64,000 bases of DNA from an uncultured Flavobacteriaceae bacterium (GTDB lineage: Bacteria; Bacteroidota; Bacteroidia; Flavobacteriales; Flavobacteriaceae): NCBI GenBank assembly GCA_963845155.1, contig CAWJRB010000011.1:40234-104233 (forward strand), in the 5' to 3' direction. The notes under the pieces were generated by a model that saw only the letters and a program-made list of their open reading frames with translations, was not told the DNA's origin and did not search any database. The position numbers were made by a program, and so were the translations under genes. Positions 12,157-21,448 of the stretch are shown here, one piece after another. Within the stretch, counting starts at the first letter, position 1. Every line of letters begins with the position of its first letter.

Positions 12157-13077
12157 TCACCAGCCTCTTCCCGGGAAACGGGCGTAAAAGCTCTCAAAAC
12201 ATCCACGGTCTGCAAGGGTCACAAAACATTGGGTTCCGTCCTTTCCACCGAAGGTGATATTACTCGGTTTTTTACCTGTCAAATTCACTTCGCGGACTAC
12301 CTTGCCCGCCGGGCTCAATACAACGATTTTTCCGGCATCGTATCGGCAGACGTACAGGTTCCCTTTTAGGTCACAACGCATGCCGTCAAGACCGTGATCT
12401 TCGAACTGGTAAAACAGGGTTTTTTCACTTACATTTCCAGCCTCATCCAAATCGTAGCGCCAAATGCGTCTCTGAACCGATTCATTGACGTAAAGGTGTT
12501 CTCCATGGGGAGAAACTTCAATCCCGTTGGTTGTTCCCATGTCTTCTTCGAGCAGGTGAAATCCGTTTTTATCGACCCTCCACAATTGCCCCGTTTCCTT
12601 TTCCCAATTCGGATCGCTGGCAAAGAGGACTCCACTTGGGGATATGGCCAGATCATTGGGTTGGTTGAGCCTCGGATCATGTGCAAAAACCTTTATCTCA
12701 TCTGTGTCCGCGGGAAGTATCAATACATTGTGGTTGACATAGTCTGCAACATACATATTGTCCTGGGCATCAAAACGTATTCCGTTGCCTATGCTACCTT
12801 CAGGCAGTGCTGCATAGAGTGATGGATTCCCTTTCAAATCGACGATTCCAATGGTCCCTTCCTTCTCGAAATTTACAGCGTACAGATTCCCTTTGCTGTC
12901 AACCGCCGGACCTTCAATCCCGGGAGTAAAAAGACCTTCTTTTGTGAAGTCAAAGCTTTTATCCGGATCTTGCTCCTGGCATCCTGAGAAAAAGAGTCCT
13001 AGAAAAAGAAGGATCCCCAACAAAGGGTTGAGAAATTGGTCAGATTGAACACGGGAATAAATTACGGTAGATCGCAT
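12157..13077 (-). CDS. SMP-30/gluconolactonase family lipoprotein
   Basis: EGPA, PNDL, NGI, DGMRCD metal-ligand motifs of the 6-bladed propeller; lipobox FSGC. Confidence 0.85.
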   Translation of the reverse strand: MRSTVIYSRVQSDQFLNPLLGILLFLGLFFSGCQEQDPDKSFDFTKEGLFTPGIEGPAVDSKGNLYAVNFEKEGTIGIVDLKGNPSLYAALPEGSIGNGIRFDAQDNMYVADYVNHNVLILPADTDEIKVFAHDPRLNQPNDLAISPSGVLFASDPNWEKETGQLWRVDKNGFHLLEEDMGTTNGIEVSPHGEHLYVNESVQRRIWRYDLDEAGNVSEKTLFYQFEDHGLDGMRCDLKGNLYVCRYDAGKIVVLSPAGKVVREVNLTGKKPSNITFGGKDGTQCFVTLADRGCFESFYARFPGRGW

Positions 13078-13088
13078 ATCAAATGATT

Positions 13089-15143
13089 TTACTTATCCGA
13101 AAGAAAAGTGGCCAGCTCCATGATTCCGTTCTCGACTGCAAGCTCAACATCTAGATTCAGGCCGGGCTCATCTTTTTCTTTCAGGAGGTCCTGAATATCA
13201 ATAAATTCTTTTTTTCTGAGCTTTCCTTCATCAAGTCCTTCAAGCAAACGTGCCGAAATATCCCGGATGCGCTTGGCATAAGGCAAAATAGGTCTGACCA
13301 GGGGTGCTTGCTGTTCTATTTCCTGAAGCCTGTCGTAGATGGTGTTCCATTTTTGGAGATAGCCCTTCACGGCAACCGAATCCACGTCATTTGGCGCTGT
13401 GACATAAGCTGCCACCGCCTTTTCAAAAGCCTTTGCATCGGCGGCATCGGGAGTGCAGGCATCCGCAAAAAGCGTAAAAGGAGAATAGACCTGATACTCC
13501 GTGCCTCCCTTGTTGCGCGTATAGATTTTTACCGGTTCACTGATGTGCATGAGATCCCTCAAAGCTTCCGTTTCTTGATAGTTAGCAATGTTTCTCAGGA
13601 GATACTCCCGAACTTGAATATGTCTAATCCCCAGACCCTCCAAATTTTGGCTTGTCGCCCTCAGTCGTCTGTGCATGTCGTCCAGGTCTTTGGTCTGTTG
13701 AGGCGACCAGAACCGTTCGGCAATCGCAGCCGTTCTAGGCCATACCCGGGTATCGATGGTTAAAGGGGTGACCAACTCGCTCCACATAGTCGCCTCCCCT
13801 CCCAGAATCCTGCTTTGTTCTTCTTCGGTGAGCTCCTGATCCGGCATGGGGTCAACCAGGTAGTGATCCTCAACAGACAGCATCAGGTCAATGTAATAGC
13901 CATTGGATAAAATCGTCTGGTATCCGTTTTTTACTGCTTTGATCAGGGATTCACCAGGTTCCATACCCTCGTTGACGCCTCTCCAGGAATGAATCAAAGC
14001 CGTCTTTGGCATATTGGGGGTCATGATCTCTTCCCATCCCATCAACTTCTTGCCATATCCGTTCAGTATCTTTTGCAGTCGAATATTGAAGTAGGTCTGC
14101 AATTCATGATTGTCGGGTATTTCATTTTCAGCCATAAATCGCTGAATCTGTGGGTTATCGTCCCAGTGCTTGCCTTCGTTCTCATCACCCCCGATATGAA
14201 AATACGGATCTGGAAACAAAGGGGTTACCTCTTTGAAAAGGCTGTCCAGAAATACGTAAACCTCCTCGTTTGTAGGATCCAGCGTAGGGTCGAAAATACC
14301 TGAGTCACGTTCCAGAGAGTATCTCAAATTCAGGTTGCTGGCATATTCGGGATAAGCTGTTAGAATCGCTGTGGCATGTCCGGGAACATCGAATTCGGGA
14401 ACAACCCGGATCCCTCTTTCGTCAGCGTAGCTCACAATGTCGCGAATTTGTTCCTGGGTGTAGTACATTCCATCAGAAGCTCTCTCATGCAGATTGGGAA
14501 GGCTCTTTACCTCGACCCGAAAGCCCTGGTCATCCGACAAATGCCAGTGTAAGACATTCAATTTGACAAAAGCCATGGCATCGAGGTTTCTCTTGACGAC
14601 CTCTACCGGCATAAAGTGCCTGCTCACATCGAGCATTAGACCTCTCCAGGGAAATCTTGGCGCATCCTCAATAGCGACCTGTGGAAAGCCGTATACGCCA
14701 TTTTGAACTGAAATCAATTGCATCAGGGTCGACAGGCCTCGCAGCGCTCCTATATCTGATCGGGCTCTCAAAGAAATACTATTCGGGAGGACCTCCAATT
14801 CGTAGGATTCGTCATTGTCAAGTCCAAGAACGGCCTCTTCTTCAATTTTGATGACCAGGGTAGCGGAATCCGCTTGATCGATTAAGGGGTACCCGACCTT
14901 CAGGAATGTTCCCGTTTTATCGGTGAGGTATCTCAAAAAACGTATTGATGCGTTTTCTAGTCTCGATCCGGCATCCGCCCCTTGAATTGCGAGGGTGAAC
15001 TCAGGACCAATCGGCTGAAACCCGGTTTTGACGTCCATTGCCTGTGGCCAGGGCATCAGTTCCAAAGATTCCTGGGTCTGTGAACTCAGAGGTCCGAACG
15101 CGAAAAGCGAAACAAGCAAAAGAAGCGAAATCTTGGTTTTCAT
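13089..15143 (-). CDS. GH20 beta-N-acetylhexosaminidase
   Basis: RGLMLDVSRHF, HWHLSDDQGF, PEFDVPGH, catalytic HIGGDE, GGEATMWSE, WPR; signal peptide. Confidence 0.93.
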   Translation of the reverse strand: MKTKISLLLLVSLFAFGPLSSQTQESLELMPWPQAMDVKTGFQPIGPEFTLAIQGADAGSRLENASIRFLRYLTDKTGTFLKVGYPLIDQADSATLVIKIEEEAVLGLDNDESYELEVLPNSISLRARSDIGALRGLSTLMQLISVQNGVYGFPQVAIEDAPRFPWRGLMLDVSRHFMPVEVVKRNLDAMAFVKLNVLHWHLSDDQGFRVEVKSLPNLHERASDGMYYTQEQIRDIVSYADERGIRVVPEFDVPGHATAILTAYPEYASNLNLRYSLERDSGIFDPTLDPTNEEVYVFLDSLFKEVTPLFPDPYFHIGGDENEGKHWDDNPQIQRFMAENEIPDNHELQTYFNIRLQKILNGYGKKLMGWEEIMTPNMPKTALIHSWRGVNEGMEPGESLIKAVKNGYQTILSNGYYIDLMLSVEDHYLVDPMPDQELTEEEQSRILGGEATMWSELVTPLTIDTRVWPRTAAIAERFWSPQQTKDLDDMHRRLRATSQNLEGLGIRHIQVREYLLRNIANYQETEALRDLMHISEPVKIYTRNKGGTEYQVYSPFTLFADACTPDAADAKAFEKAVAAYVTAPNDVDSVAVKGYLQKWNTIYDRLQEIEQQAPLVRPILPYAKRIRDISARLLEGLDEGKLRKKEFIDIQDLLKEKDEPGLNLDVELAVENGIMELATFLSDK

Positions 15144-15156
15144 ACGATGTGAAATT

Positions 15157-15218
15157 AAAAAAACCGTCAGTCAGAGATCATGTGTCAGGGCGACCTCAGA
15201 AAGACGGTTAAAAAAAAT
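15157..15218 (-). terminator. Long imperfect hairpin plus U-tract between nagB and the GH20 gene
   Basis: Minus strand AACCGTC..GAGGTCG-loop-TGATCTC..GACGGTT followed by a T run. Confidence 0.5.
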
Positions 15219-15232
15219 ACTCAAATAAATTC

Positions 15233-17143
15233 TTAATAATGATATCTTTTGAAGGCCTCAAGAGCCGCGTAGTCCGCCAGTCCCAAACTGTGGTACTTCT
15301 TGGCCGTCTCCTTGTTGCGATCCTCGGCACGCATCCAGAATTCTCTCGAATCGTCGCCCTGGAACATAACTCCGTCCTTTTGACTTTGATGGAAGAAGAT
15401 CGCCTGTTTTTTCTTCTGAACCTGATCCGGACTCATCGGCACGGCCATTTCTATGTCTTGAATGTCCCACTCATGCCAGGCTCCTCGATAGAGCCATACC
15501 CAGCAATCATCCATGAAGGATTCCTTTTTAAGGATTTCGAGTGACATGAACAATGCATCGAGACAAACCTTATGCGTACCGTGCGGATCCGCCAGGTCAC
15601 CCGCAGCATAAATCTGATGAGGTTTGACCTCAGAGATAACGTCGCACATGATCTTGATGTCCTCGTCACTCAACTTATTCTTCTTCACGCGACCCGTTTC
15701 GTAAAAGGGCAGGTCCAGGAAATGCACATACTCGTCAGGCGTGTCAAGGTATCGGGTTGCTGCATAACATTCCTTCCTGCGAATCAGGCCCTTGAGCTCT
15801 CTAACCTCAACGGTATCTATATCGTATTCCTTTTTGGCATTGAGATCGGAAATGATCCTTCTTACTTTGTCTGAGGCTCCGTTAACATCCAGGGCCACTT
15901 CAGCAAATTTCATGGCCTCCTCGTCAGAAACGGCAATGTTACCCGAGGTCTGGTAGGCGATATGCACTTCATGTCCCTGCTCGACCAGACGATCGAAAGT
16001 TCCACCCATGGATATCACGTCGTCATCTGGGTGCGGACTGAAAATGATGACTCTTTTACGTTCGGGAGTATTGCGTTCGGGCCTGTTGGTATCATCGGCT
16101 CCAGGCTTTCCACCCGGCCACCCGGTAATGGTATGCTGCAATTTATTGAACATGTTGATATTGAGCTGATAGGCTGAACCTTGTTCAACCAGTAAGCTCG
16201 ACATCCCATTGAAGTTGTAATCCTTGTCGGTGAGTTTGAGAACGGATTTGTCCATCTTCTGAGACAACCAGACCACGGCCTTGGTCGTCAGCTCTTCCGT
16301 CCAGATGCAGTTCTTAACCAGCCATGGTGTCTTGATTCGAGTAAGTTCGGCCGCCGCACCTTCATCGAGCACAAAAGTGCTGTTGTCGTGATTCTGCAAA
16401 TACGTTGCCGGAACCTCCGGGCTGATCTCTCCTTCGATCGTCTCCTTGATTACTGAGGCCTTGTTGATACCCCAGGCGAGAAGTACGATTCGTTTTGCGT
16501 TGCGTATTGTGCTGATCCCCATAGTGATCGCCACCTTTGGCACGTGGTCCAAGCCCAGGAAGGCCGTAGCTGCGTCAATTCGGGTTATGTGATCAAGCGT
16601 AATGTTTCGTGTTCCGGAATTGTAGTGAGATCCCGGTTCGTTGAATCCAATGTGGCCCGTTCTACCTATACCGAGAAGCTGAAAATCGAGCCCTCCGGCC
16701 TCTTTGATCTTCATTTCATAGTCGATGCAAAACTGGTGGATCTCGTCCGGAGCAATTTGCCCATCAGGGATGTTGATGTTCTCCGGCAATATGTCCACAT
16801 GGTTGAACAAATGATCATGCATGAAATACCAGTAGCTCTGTGTATTTTCTTTGGACATCGGGTAATACTCGTCCAGATTGAAGGTGATGACATTTCTAAA
16901 GCTCAACCCTTCCTCCTGATGCATCCGTACCAATTCTTCATATACCTTAATCGGAGAAGAACCTGTCGCCAGCCCGAGTACGCAAGACTCTTTCTTTTTC
17001 TCTTTTTCTCTTATGAGCTCCGCAATTTCCTTCGCAACGGCAATTGAAGCTATATCCGAATTGTCAAAGATCACATTGTGAATCTTCTCAAAACGGGTTT
17101 CTTCAAATTTACCGGCCTCTTTGTGTTTTAATATTGAATTCAT
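15233..17143 (-). CDS. nagB: Glucosamine-6-phosphate deaminase fused to a C-terminal PIG-L/LmbE-like domain
   Basis: LGLATGSSP, FNLDEY, GHIGFNEPGS; C-terminal PHPDDD and DPHGTH; start probably MNSILK at 17143. Confidence 0.92.
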   Translation of the reverse strand: MNSILKHKEAGKFEETRFEKIHNVIFDNSDIASIAVAKEIAELIREKEKKKESCVLGLATGSSPIKVYEELVRMHQEEGLSFRNVITFNLDEYYPMSKENTQSYWYFMHDHLFNHVDILPENINIPDGQIAPDEIHQFCIDYEMKIKEAGGLDFQLLGIGRTGHIGFNEPGSHYNSGTRNITLDHITRIDAATAFLGLDHVPKVAITMGISTIRNAKRIVLLAWGINKASVIKETIEGEISPEVPATYLQNHDNSTFVLDEGAAAELTRIKTPWLVKNCIWTEELTTKAVVWLSQKMDKSVLKLTDKDYNFNGMSSLLVEQGSAYQLNINMFNKLQHTITGWPGGKPGADDTNRPERNTPERKRVIIFSPHPDDDVISMGGTFDRLVEQGHEVHIAYQTSGNIAVSDEEAMKFAEVALDVNGASDKVRRIISDLNAKKEYDIDTVEVRELKGLIRRKECYAATRYLDTPDEYVHFLDLPFYETGRVKKNKLSDEDIKIMCDVISEVKPHQIYAAGDLADPHGTHKVCLDALFMSLEILKKESFMDDCWVWLYRGAWHEWDIQDIEMAVPMSPDQVQKKKQAIFFHQSQKDGVMFQGDDSREFWMRAEDRNKETAKKYHSLGLADYAALEAFKRYHY

Positions 17144-17312
17144 CTTCCTCTGCAAATGGGTTTTGAGGTTTGAGATGCAAAAATGGTCGAAAACTCCAGT
17201 TTCAGGAAAATTATTCGACAAATGACCGTATTTAGGGAACAAAAAGCTCTAAAAACGCGAATGGTTTAAATCCTTTATATTTAACCCCCAACTCACAAAA
17301 GCGAATCGTTTT

Positions 17313-18929
17313 ATGGCAATTAGAAGTCATTCCTTTACGGATCTTGTATTGAAAGGTCGTCCTCAAATCAAGAGGCTTCTTTTCACTTTGCCCCTCGTTC
17401 TTTCCCTGGTCTTGCTATCCTGCAAAGGAGAAACCGAGAGGGAACCCGCTGAAATCACGACAGGTTCTGCCACCGAATATTATCAGGAAGCGTACCGCCC
17501 GCAATTTCACTTCTCTCCCGAGGAGAAATGGATGAATGATCCAAATGGTCTGGTTTACAATGAGGGGATCTATCATCTGTTCTACCAGTATTATCCGGAT
17601 GACATTGTATGGGGACCCATGCACTGGGGGCACGCCACGAGCGAAGACCTAATTCATTGGAAGCACCAACCCATTGCGCTTTACCCCGATGAGCACGGAT
17701 ACATTTTTTCGGGAAGCGCGGTCGTCGATCACGGAAACAGCTCCGGCCTGGGCATTGAAGGTAAAGATCCGCTTGTGGCCATTTATACGTATCACGATCC
17801 CGAAAAGGAAAAAGCCGGTAAAGGCGACCATCAGACACAGGGAATAGCTTACAGCAATGACAACGGAAAAACCTGGGTGAAATACGAAGGAAACCCGGTA
17901 ATTCCAAATCAGGGCAAGACAGACTTCAGAGATCCAAAAGTCATGTGGCACAAGGCTTCCGAAAAATGGATCATGTCCTTGGCCGTTGGAGATCACGCGG
18001 AGTTTTACTCCTCTCCCGATCTGAAGAATTGGACCTACCTCAGTTCCTTCGGAAAAAACCTGGGGGCGCACGGCGGAGTCTGGGAATGTCCGGATCTGAT
18101 CCCGATGAAGGTTGGGGAGGAAGCCGATGATAAATGGGTGCTGCTTATCAGCATCAACCCGGGAGGGCCGAACGGAGGATCAGCGACCCAATACTTTGTA
18201 GGTGAATTTGACGGTACGAAATTCACCACCGATCAGAAAGAAACGAAATGGCTGGATTTCGGTGCCGACAATTATGCAGGGGTAACCTATAACAATGCTC
18301 CTGACAATGATCCTGTCTTTATAGGCTGGATGAGCAATTGGAACTACGCGCGAAACACACCCACCGAGAAATGGAGAAGCGCCATGACTCTGCCACGACA
18401 CCTGTATTTGGAAAAAGATGAAACAGGTTATTTCGTATCGAGCGAGATCATACCAGCCTTTGAAAAAATCACAAAACTGGTTTCAGAATCGAAAGAAATT
18501 GCCCTTGACGACCGTCAAACTATCGAAGGTAATTTTGACCGGGCCGATATTGCCTGGAAACAGAATCTGAATGAGAATACAACCGTAAAGTTCCAGAATG
18601 ATAAGGGGGAATACCTCGTCCTGTTGTTAGATCCTCTCAGAGAGCAGGTCGTTCTGGACAGGAGGTATTCTGGAAAGACAGATTTTCATAAAACCTTCGC
18701 AGACAAAGTTCATAGTCTTCCTTATCACCCTCAGGATCAAACTGCAGAGGTGCGCATCGTCATGGATCGGGCTTCGATCGAGGTTTTCATCGATGGAGGA
18801 AGATATGTCATGACTGAGAAATTCTTTCCGAACTCGGCCTTTAGCACATTACAGCTGTCGTCATCAAACGGGACAGTTATCAAAGACTTCACTATTAAAT
18901 CAGTTACAAATACCTGGAAAAATGAATAA
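17313..18929 (+). CDS. GH32 beta-fructosidase/levanase lipoprotein
   Basis: WMNDPNG nucleophile, FRDPKV, WECPD acid/base; lipobox LLSC. Confidence 0.93.
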   Translation: MAIRSHSFTDLVLKGRPQIKRLLFTLPLVLSLVLLSCKGETEREPAEITTGSATEYYQEAYRPQFHFSPEEKWMNDPNGLVYNEGIYHLFYQYYPDDIVWGPMHWGHATSEDLIHWKHQPIALYPDEHGYIFSGSAVVDHGNSSGLGIEGKDPLVAIYTYHDPEKEKAGKGDHQTQGIAYSNDNGKTWVKYEGNPVIPNQGKTDFRDPKVMWHKASEKWIMSLAVGDHAEFYSSPDLKNWTYLSSFGKNLGAHGGVWECPDLIPMKVGEEADDKWVLLISINPGGPNGGSATQYFVGEFDGTKFTTDQKETKWLDFGADNYAGVTYNNAPDNDPVFIGWMSNWNYARNTPTEKWRSAMTLPRHLYLEKDETGYFVSSEIIPAFEKITKLVSESKEIALDDRQTIEGNFDRADIAWKQNLNENTTVKFQNDKGEYLVLLLDPLREQVVLDRRYSGKTDFHKTFADKVHSLPYHPQDQTAEVRIVMDRASIEVFIDGGRYVMTEKFFPNSAFSTLQLSSSNGTVIKDFTIKSVTNTWKNE

Positions 18930-20247
18930 AATTCTACTCTGGTCGATCGTGGCCGCCCTGGCCGGATTTCTATTCGGTTTTGATACCGTTGTGATATCCG
19001 GAGCCGATAAGCAATTGCAAGCACTTTGGGGCTCTTCAGATGTTTTCCATGGAACCGTGGTTATGGCCATGGCCCTTTGGGGCACCGTAATAGGGGCAAT
19101 TTTCGGAGGGATTCCTACAAACAAACTGGGTCGTAAAAAGACCTTGATCTGGATTGGAATCCTGTATACGGTCTCAGCCTTGGGTTCGGCTCTCGTAAAC
19201 GACCCCTACACGTTCGCCTTTTTCAGGTTCATCGGTGGTCTTGGCGTTGGTGCATCTACAATTGCTGCTCCGGCCTACGTTTCGGAGATCGCTCCTCCAA
19301 AAGACAGGGGTCGCCTTGTGGCCCTGTACCAGTTTAATATTGTACTGGGAATACTGATAGCTTTTCTTTCGAATTACCTTTTGAGCGGTTTGGGTGAGAA
19401 TGCCTGGAGATGGATGATTGGAGTCGAAGCCATCCCCGCCATCATCTACACCTTTATGGCCCTGACGATCCCCAGAAGCCCGAGGTGGTTGTTGCTCAAT
19501 GGTCACCACGATGAGGCCAGCCAGATCATTTCACAGTTGTATCCGGATCAGTCTGTCAAGGACATCGTTTCCGAAATAGAGGAAAGCCAACAGCATCATC
19601 ATGACAGCAAGGAAAACATCTTTATGAAAAAATACAGACTGCCTCTCACACTTGCCTTTCTCATAGCGTTTTTCAACCAGCTGTCGGGCATCAACGCCTT
19701 CCTGTATTACGCGCCACGGATTTTTGAAGAGGCGGGATTGGAAAAAAGCTCGGCCTTGCTGAGCAGCATAGGTATCGGGGTAACAAACCTGGTATTCACC
19801 CTGATAGGGGTGGCCCTGATCGACCGACTGGGCCGGAAAAAGCTGATGTATATAGGAAGCGTGGGCTACATTATTTCGTTGAGCCTTGTCGCAATGGCAT
19901 TTTTTCTTCAATGGGAAGGTATGGCGGTTCCCATTTTCTTGTTTTTGTTCATCGCATCCCATGCCGTGGGCCAGGGCGCTGTGATCTGGGTGTTTATTTC
20001 TGAGATTTTCCCAGATCAATTGCGGGCTTCAGGCCAGGCTTTTGGCTGTGGTACGCATTGGGTGCTGGCAGCCATCATCCCATCTTTGGTACCGCTGTTA
20101 TTTGCCAAAGTAGGCGCGGGGCCCGTTTTCGCCTTTTTCGCCTTTATGATGTTTTTGCAGCTGTTGTTCGTCATCTTCATGATGCCTGAGACCAAAGGCA
20201 TTTCTCTGGAAGACCTTGAAAAGAAACTGATAAAACAGGATGTATGA
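18922..20247 (+). CDS. Sugar porter MFS transporter (probably fructose)
   Basis: GFLFGFD, GRK, SEIAP..RG, QLSGINA..YY, PETKG..LE; overlaps the GH32 stop. Confidence 0.9.
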   Translation: MNKILLWSIVAALAGFLFGFDTVVISGADKQLQALWGSSDVFHGTVVMAMALWGTVIGAIFGGIPTNKLGRKKTLIWIGILYTVSALGSALVNDPYTFAFFRFIGGLGVGASTIAAPAYVSEIAPPKDRGRLVALYQFNIVLGILIAFLSNYLLSGLGENAWRWMIGVEAIPAIIYTFMALTIPRSPRWLLLNGHHDEASQIISQLYPDQSVKDIVSEIEESQQHHHDSKENIFMKKYRLPLTLAFLIAFFNQLSGINAFLYYAPRIFEEAGLEKSSALLSSIGIGVTNLVFTLIGVALIDRLGRKKLMYIGSVGYIISLSLVAMAFFLQWEGMAVPIFLFLFIASHAVGQGAVIWVFISEIFPDQLRASGQAFGCGTHWVLAAIIPSLVPLLFAKVGAGPVFAFFAFMMFLQLLFVIFMMPETKGISLEDLEKKLIKQDV

Positions 20248-21134
20248 TTTCAGTCACTTGTTTTGGTGAAATCCTATGGGACAACTTCCCCTCCTATCGC
20301 AGAATAGGGGGAGCACCGCTTAATGTGGCCTTGCGCATGCACAGCCTGGGAGCGTCTGTTCGCATGATTAGCAGACTCGGGCAGGATCCTGATGGTGAAG
20401 ATATTTTGAAATACTTACAAGATCAGGGGCTTTCCACGGATCTTATCCAAATGGATCCGGAGCATAAAACCGGCACTGTAGATGTTCATCTTGACGAGAC
20501 ACGGACCGCTACCTACACCATCAATAAACCGGCCGCCTGGGATGAAATCGAACTGACCGCTGAGATGAAAATGGCTGTGAACGGATCAGATGTGCTCATC
20601 TATGGCAGCCTTGCAACCCGGAGCCAGACCTCTGAAGAAACCTTGAAAACCCTTTTGAAAGAAGCGAACTATAAGGTTTTTGATATGAACCTTCGACCAC
20701 CTCATTTCGACATGGATCGTCTTGTCACTTTGCTGATGCAGGCCGACCTGGTTAAATTGAACGATGAAGAGCTCGATGAGCTGGCGGCGCATCAGAATTT
20801 GCAAGGAACTACGACGACGGAAAAAATTCGGAGCTTATCGAAGAAAATGCCACCTCGAGTCACCATTTGCGTCACGATGGGGCCCCAGGGGGCTCAGCTA
20901 TTCAAGGAGGGTGAAATGTATGTCAATTCGGGTTATCAGGTCAAAGTGGCGGATACAGTGGGAGCCGGAGATTCTTTCCTCGCAGCTTTGTGCTACCAAC
21001 TTTTGAATAAAGTGGCACCTCAGGAAGCTCTTGATAAGGCCTGTGCCATGGGTTCTCTCGTAGCCAGCAAAGAGGGTGCCATTCCATCAGTAAGCCTTGA
21101 AGAAATTGAGTCGATGATTAAGAATAAGACCTGA
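20244..21134 (+). CDS. PfkB-family carbohydrate kinase (fructokinase)
   Basis: FGEILWD, GGAPLNVA, DMNLR, DTVGAGDSF; ATGA-coupled to the transporter. Confidence 0.88.
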   Translation: MISVTCFGEILWDNFPSYRRIGGAPLNVALRMHSLGASVRMISRLGQDPDGEDILKYLQDQGLSTDLIQMDPEHKTGTVDVHLDETRTATYTINKPAAWDEIELTAEMKMAVNGSDVLIYGSLATRSQTSEETLKTLLKEANYKVFDMNLRPPHFDMDRLVTLLMQADLVKLNDEELDELAAHQNLQGTTTTEKIRSLSKKMPPRVTICVTMGPQGAQLFKEGEMYVNSGYQVKVADTVGAGDSFLAALCYQLLNKVAPQEALDKACAMGSLVASKEGAIPSVSLEEIESMIKNKT

Positions 21135-21238
21135 AAATTTAGCTGGAAACTTACTTGTCGAATTTAGTTTGGGGATTCAGGTGTGATGAAACCGCTTTTC
21201 TGGCATCCATTCGAATGGAAAATCAATAATTTTTTTCT

Positions 21239-21254
21239 ACTACAACGTTGTAGT
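21239..21254. promoter_or_regulatory. Perfect 16-bp palindrome, LacI-family-like operator upstream of susC-1
   Basis: ACTACAACGTTGTAGT with central CG. Confidence 0.65.
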
Positions 21255-21448
21255 TTATATTTTCCTCATTTTGACCCATATCAAATTGTGAGTTCTTAAA
21301 AAAATGCCTTATATTTCGCTCGATTCCGGAATTTGACTCAATCTGTCTAAAAAAGAGAACTCATTATCAGTTTGTTTTTTGAACATTTTTTAGTCATCCA
21401 AGTCGAAGCTCTCGAAATCAGACGATTAATAACTAATTTAAAATAATT

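Noticed and set aside
21135-21448. Long intergenic region before susC-1 as a possible riboswitch or sRNA
   Set aside because: No recognisable cobalamin, TPP or SAM aptamer core or extended structure; promoter and operator elements account for it.
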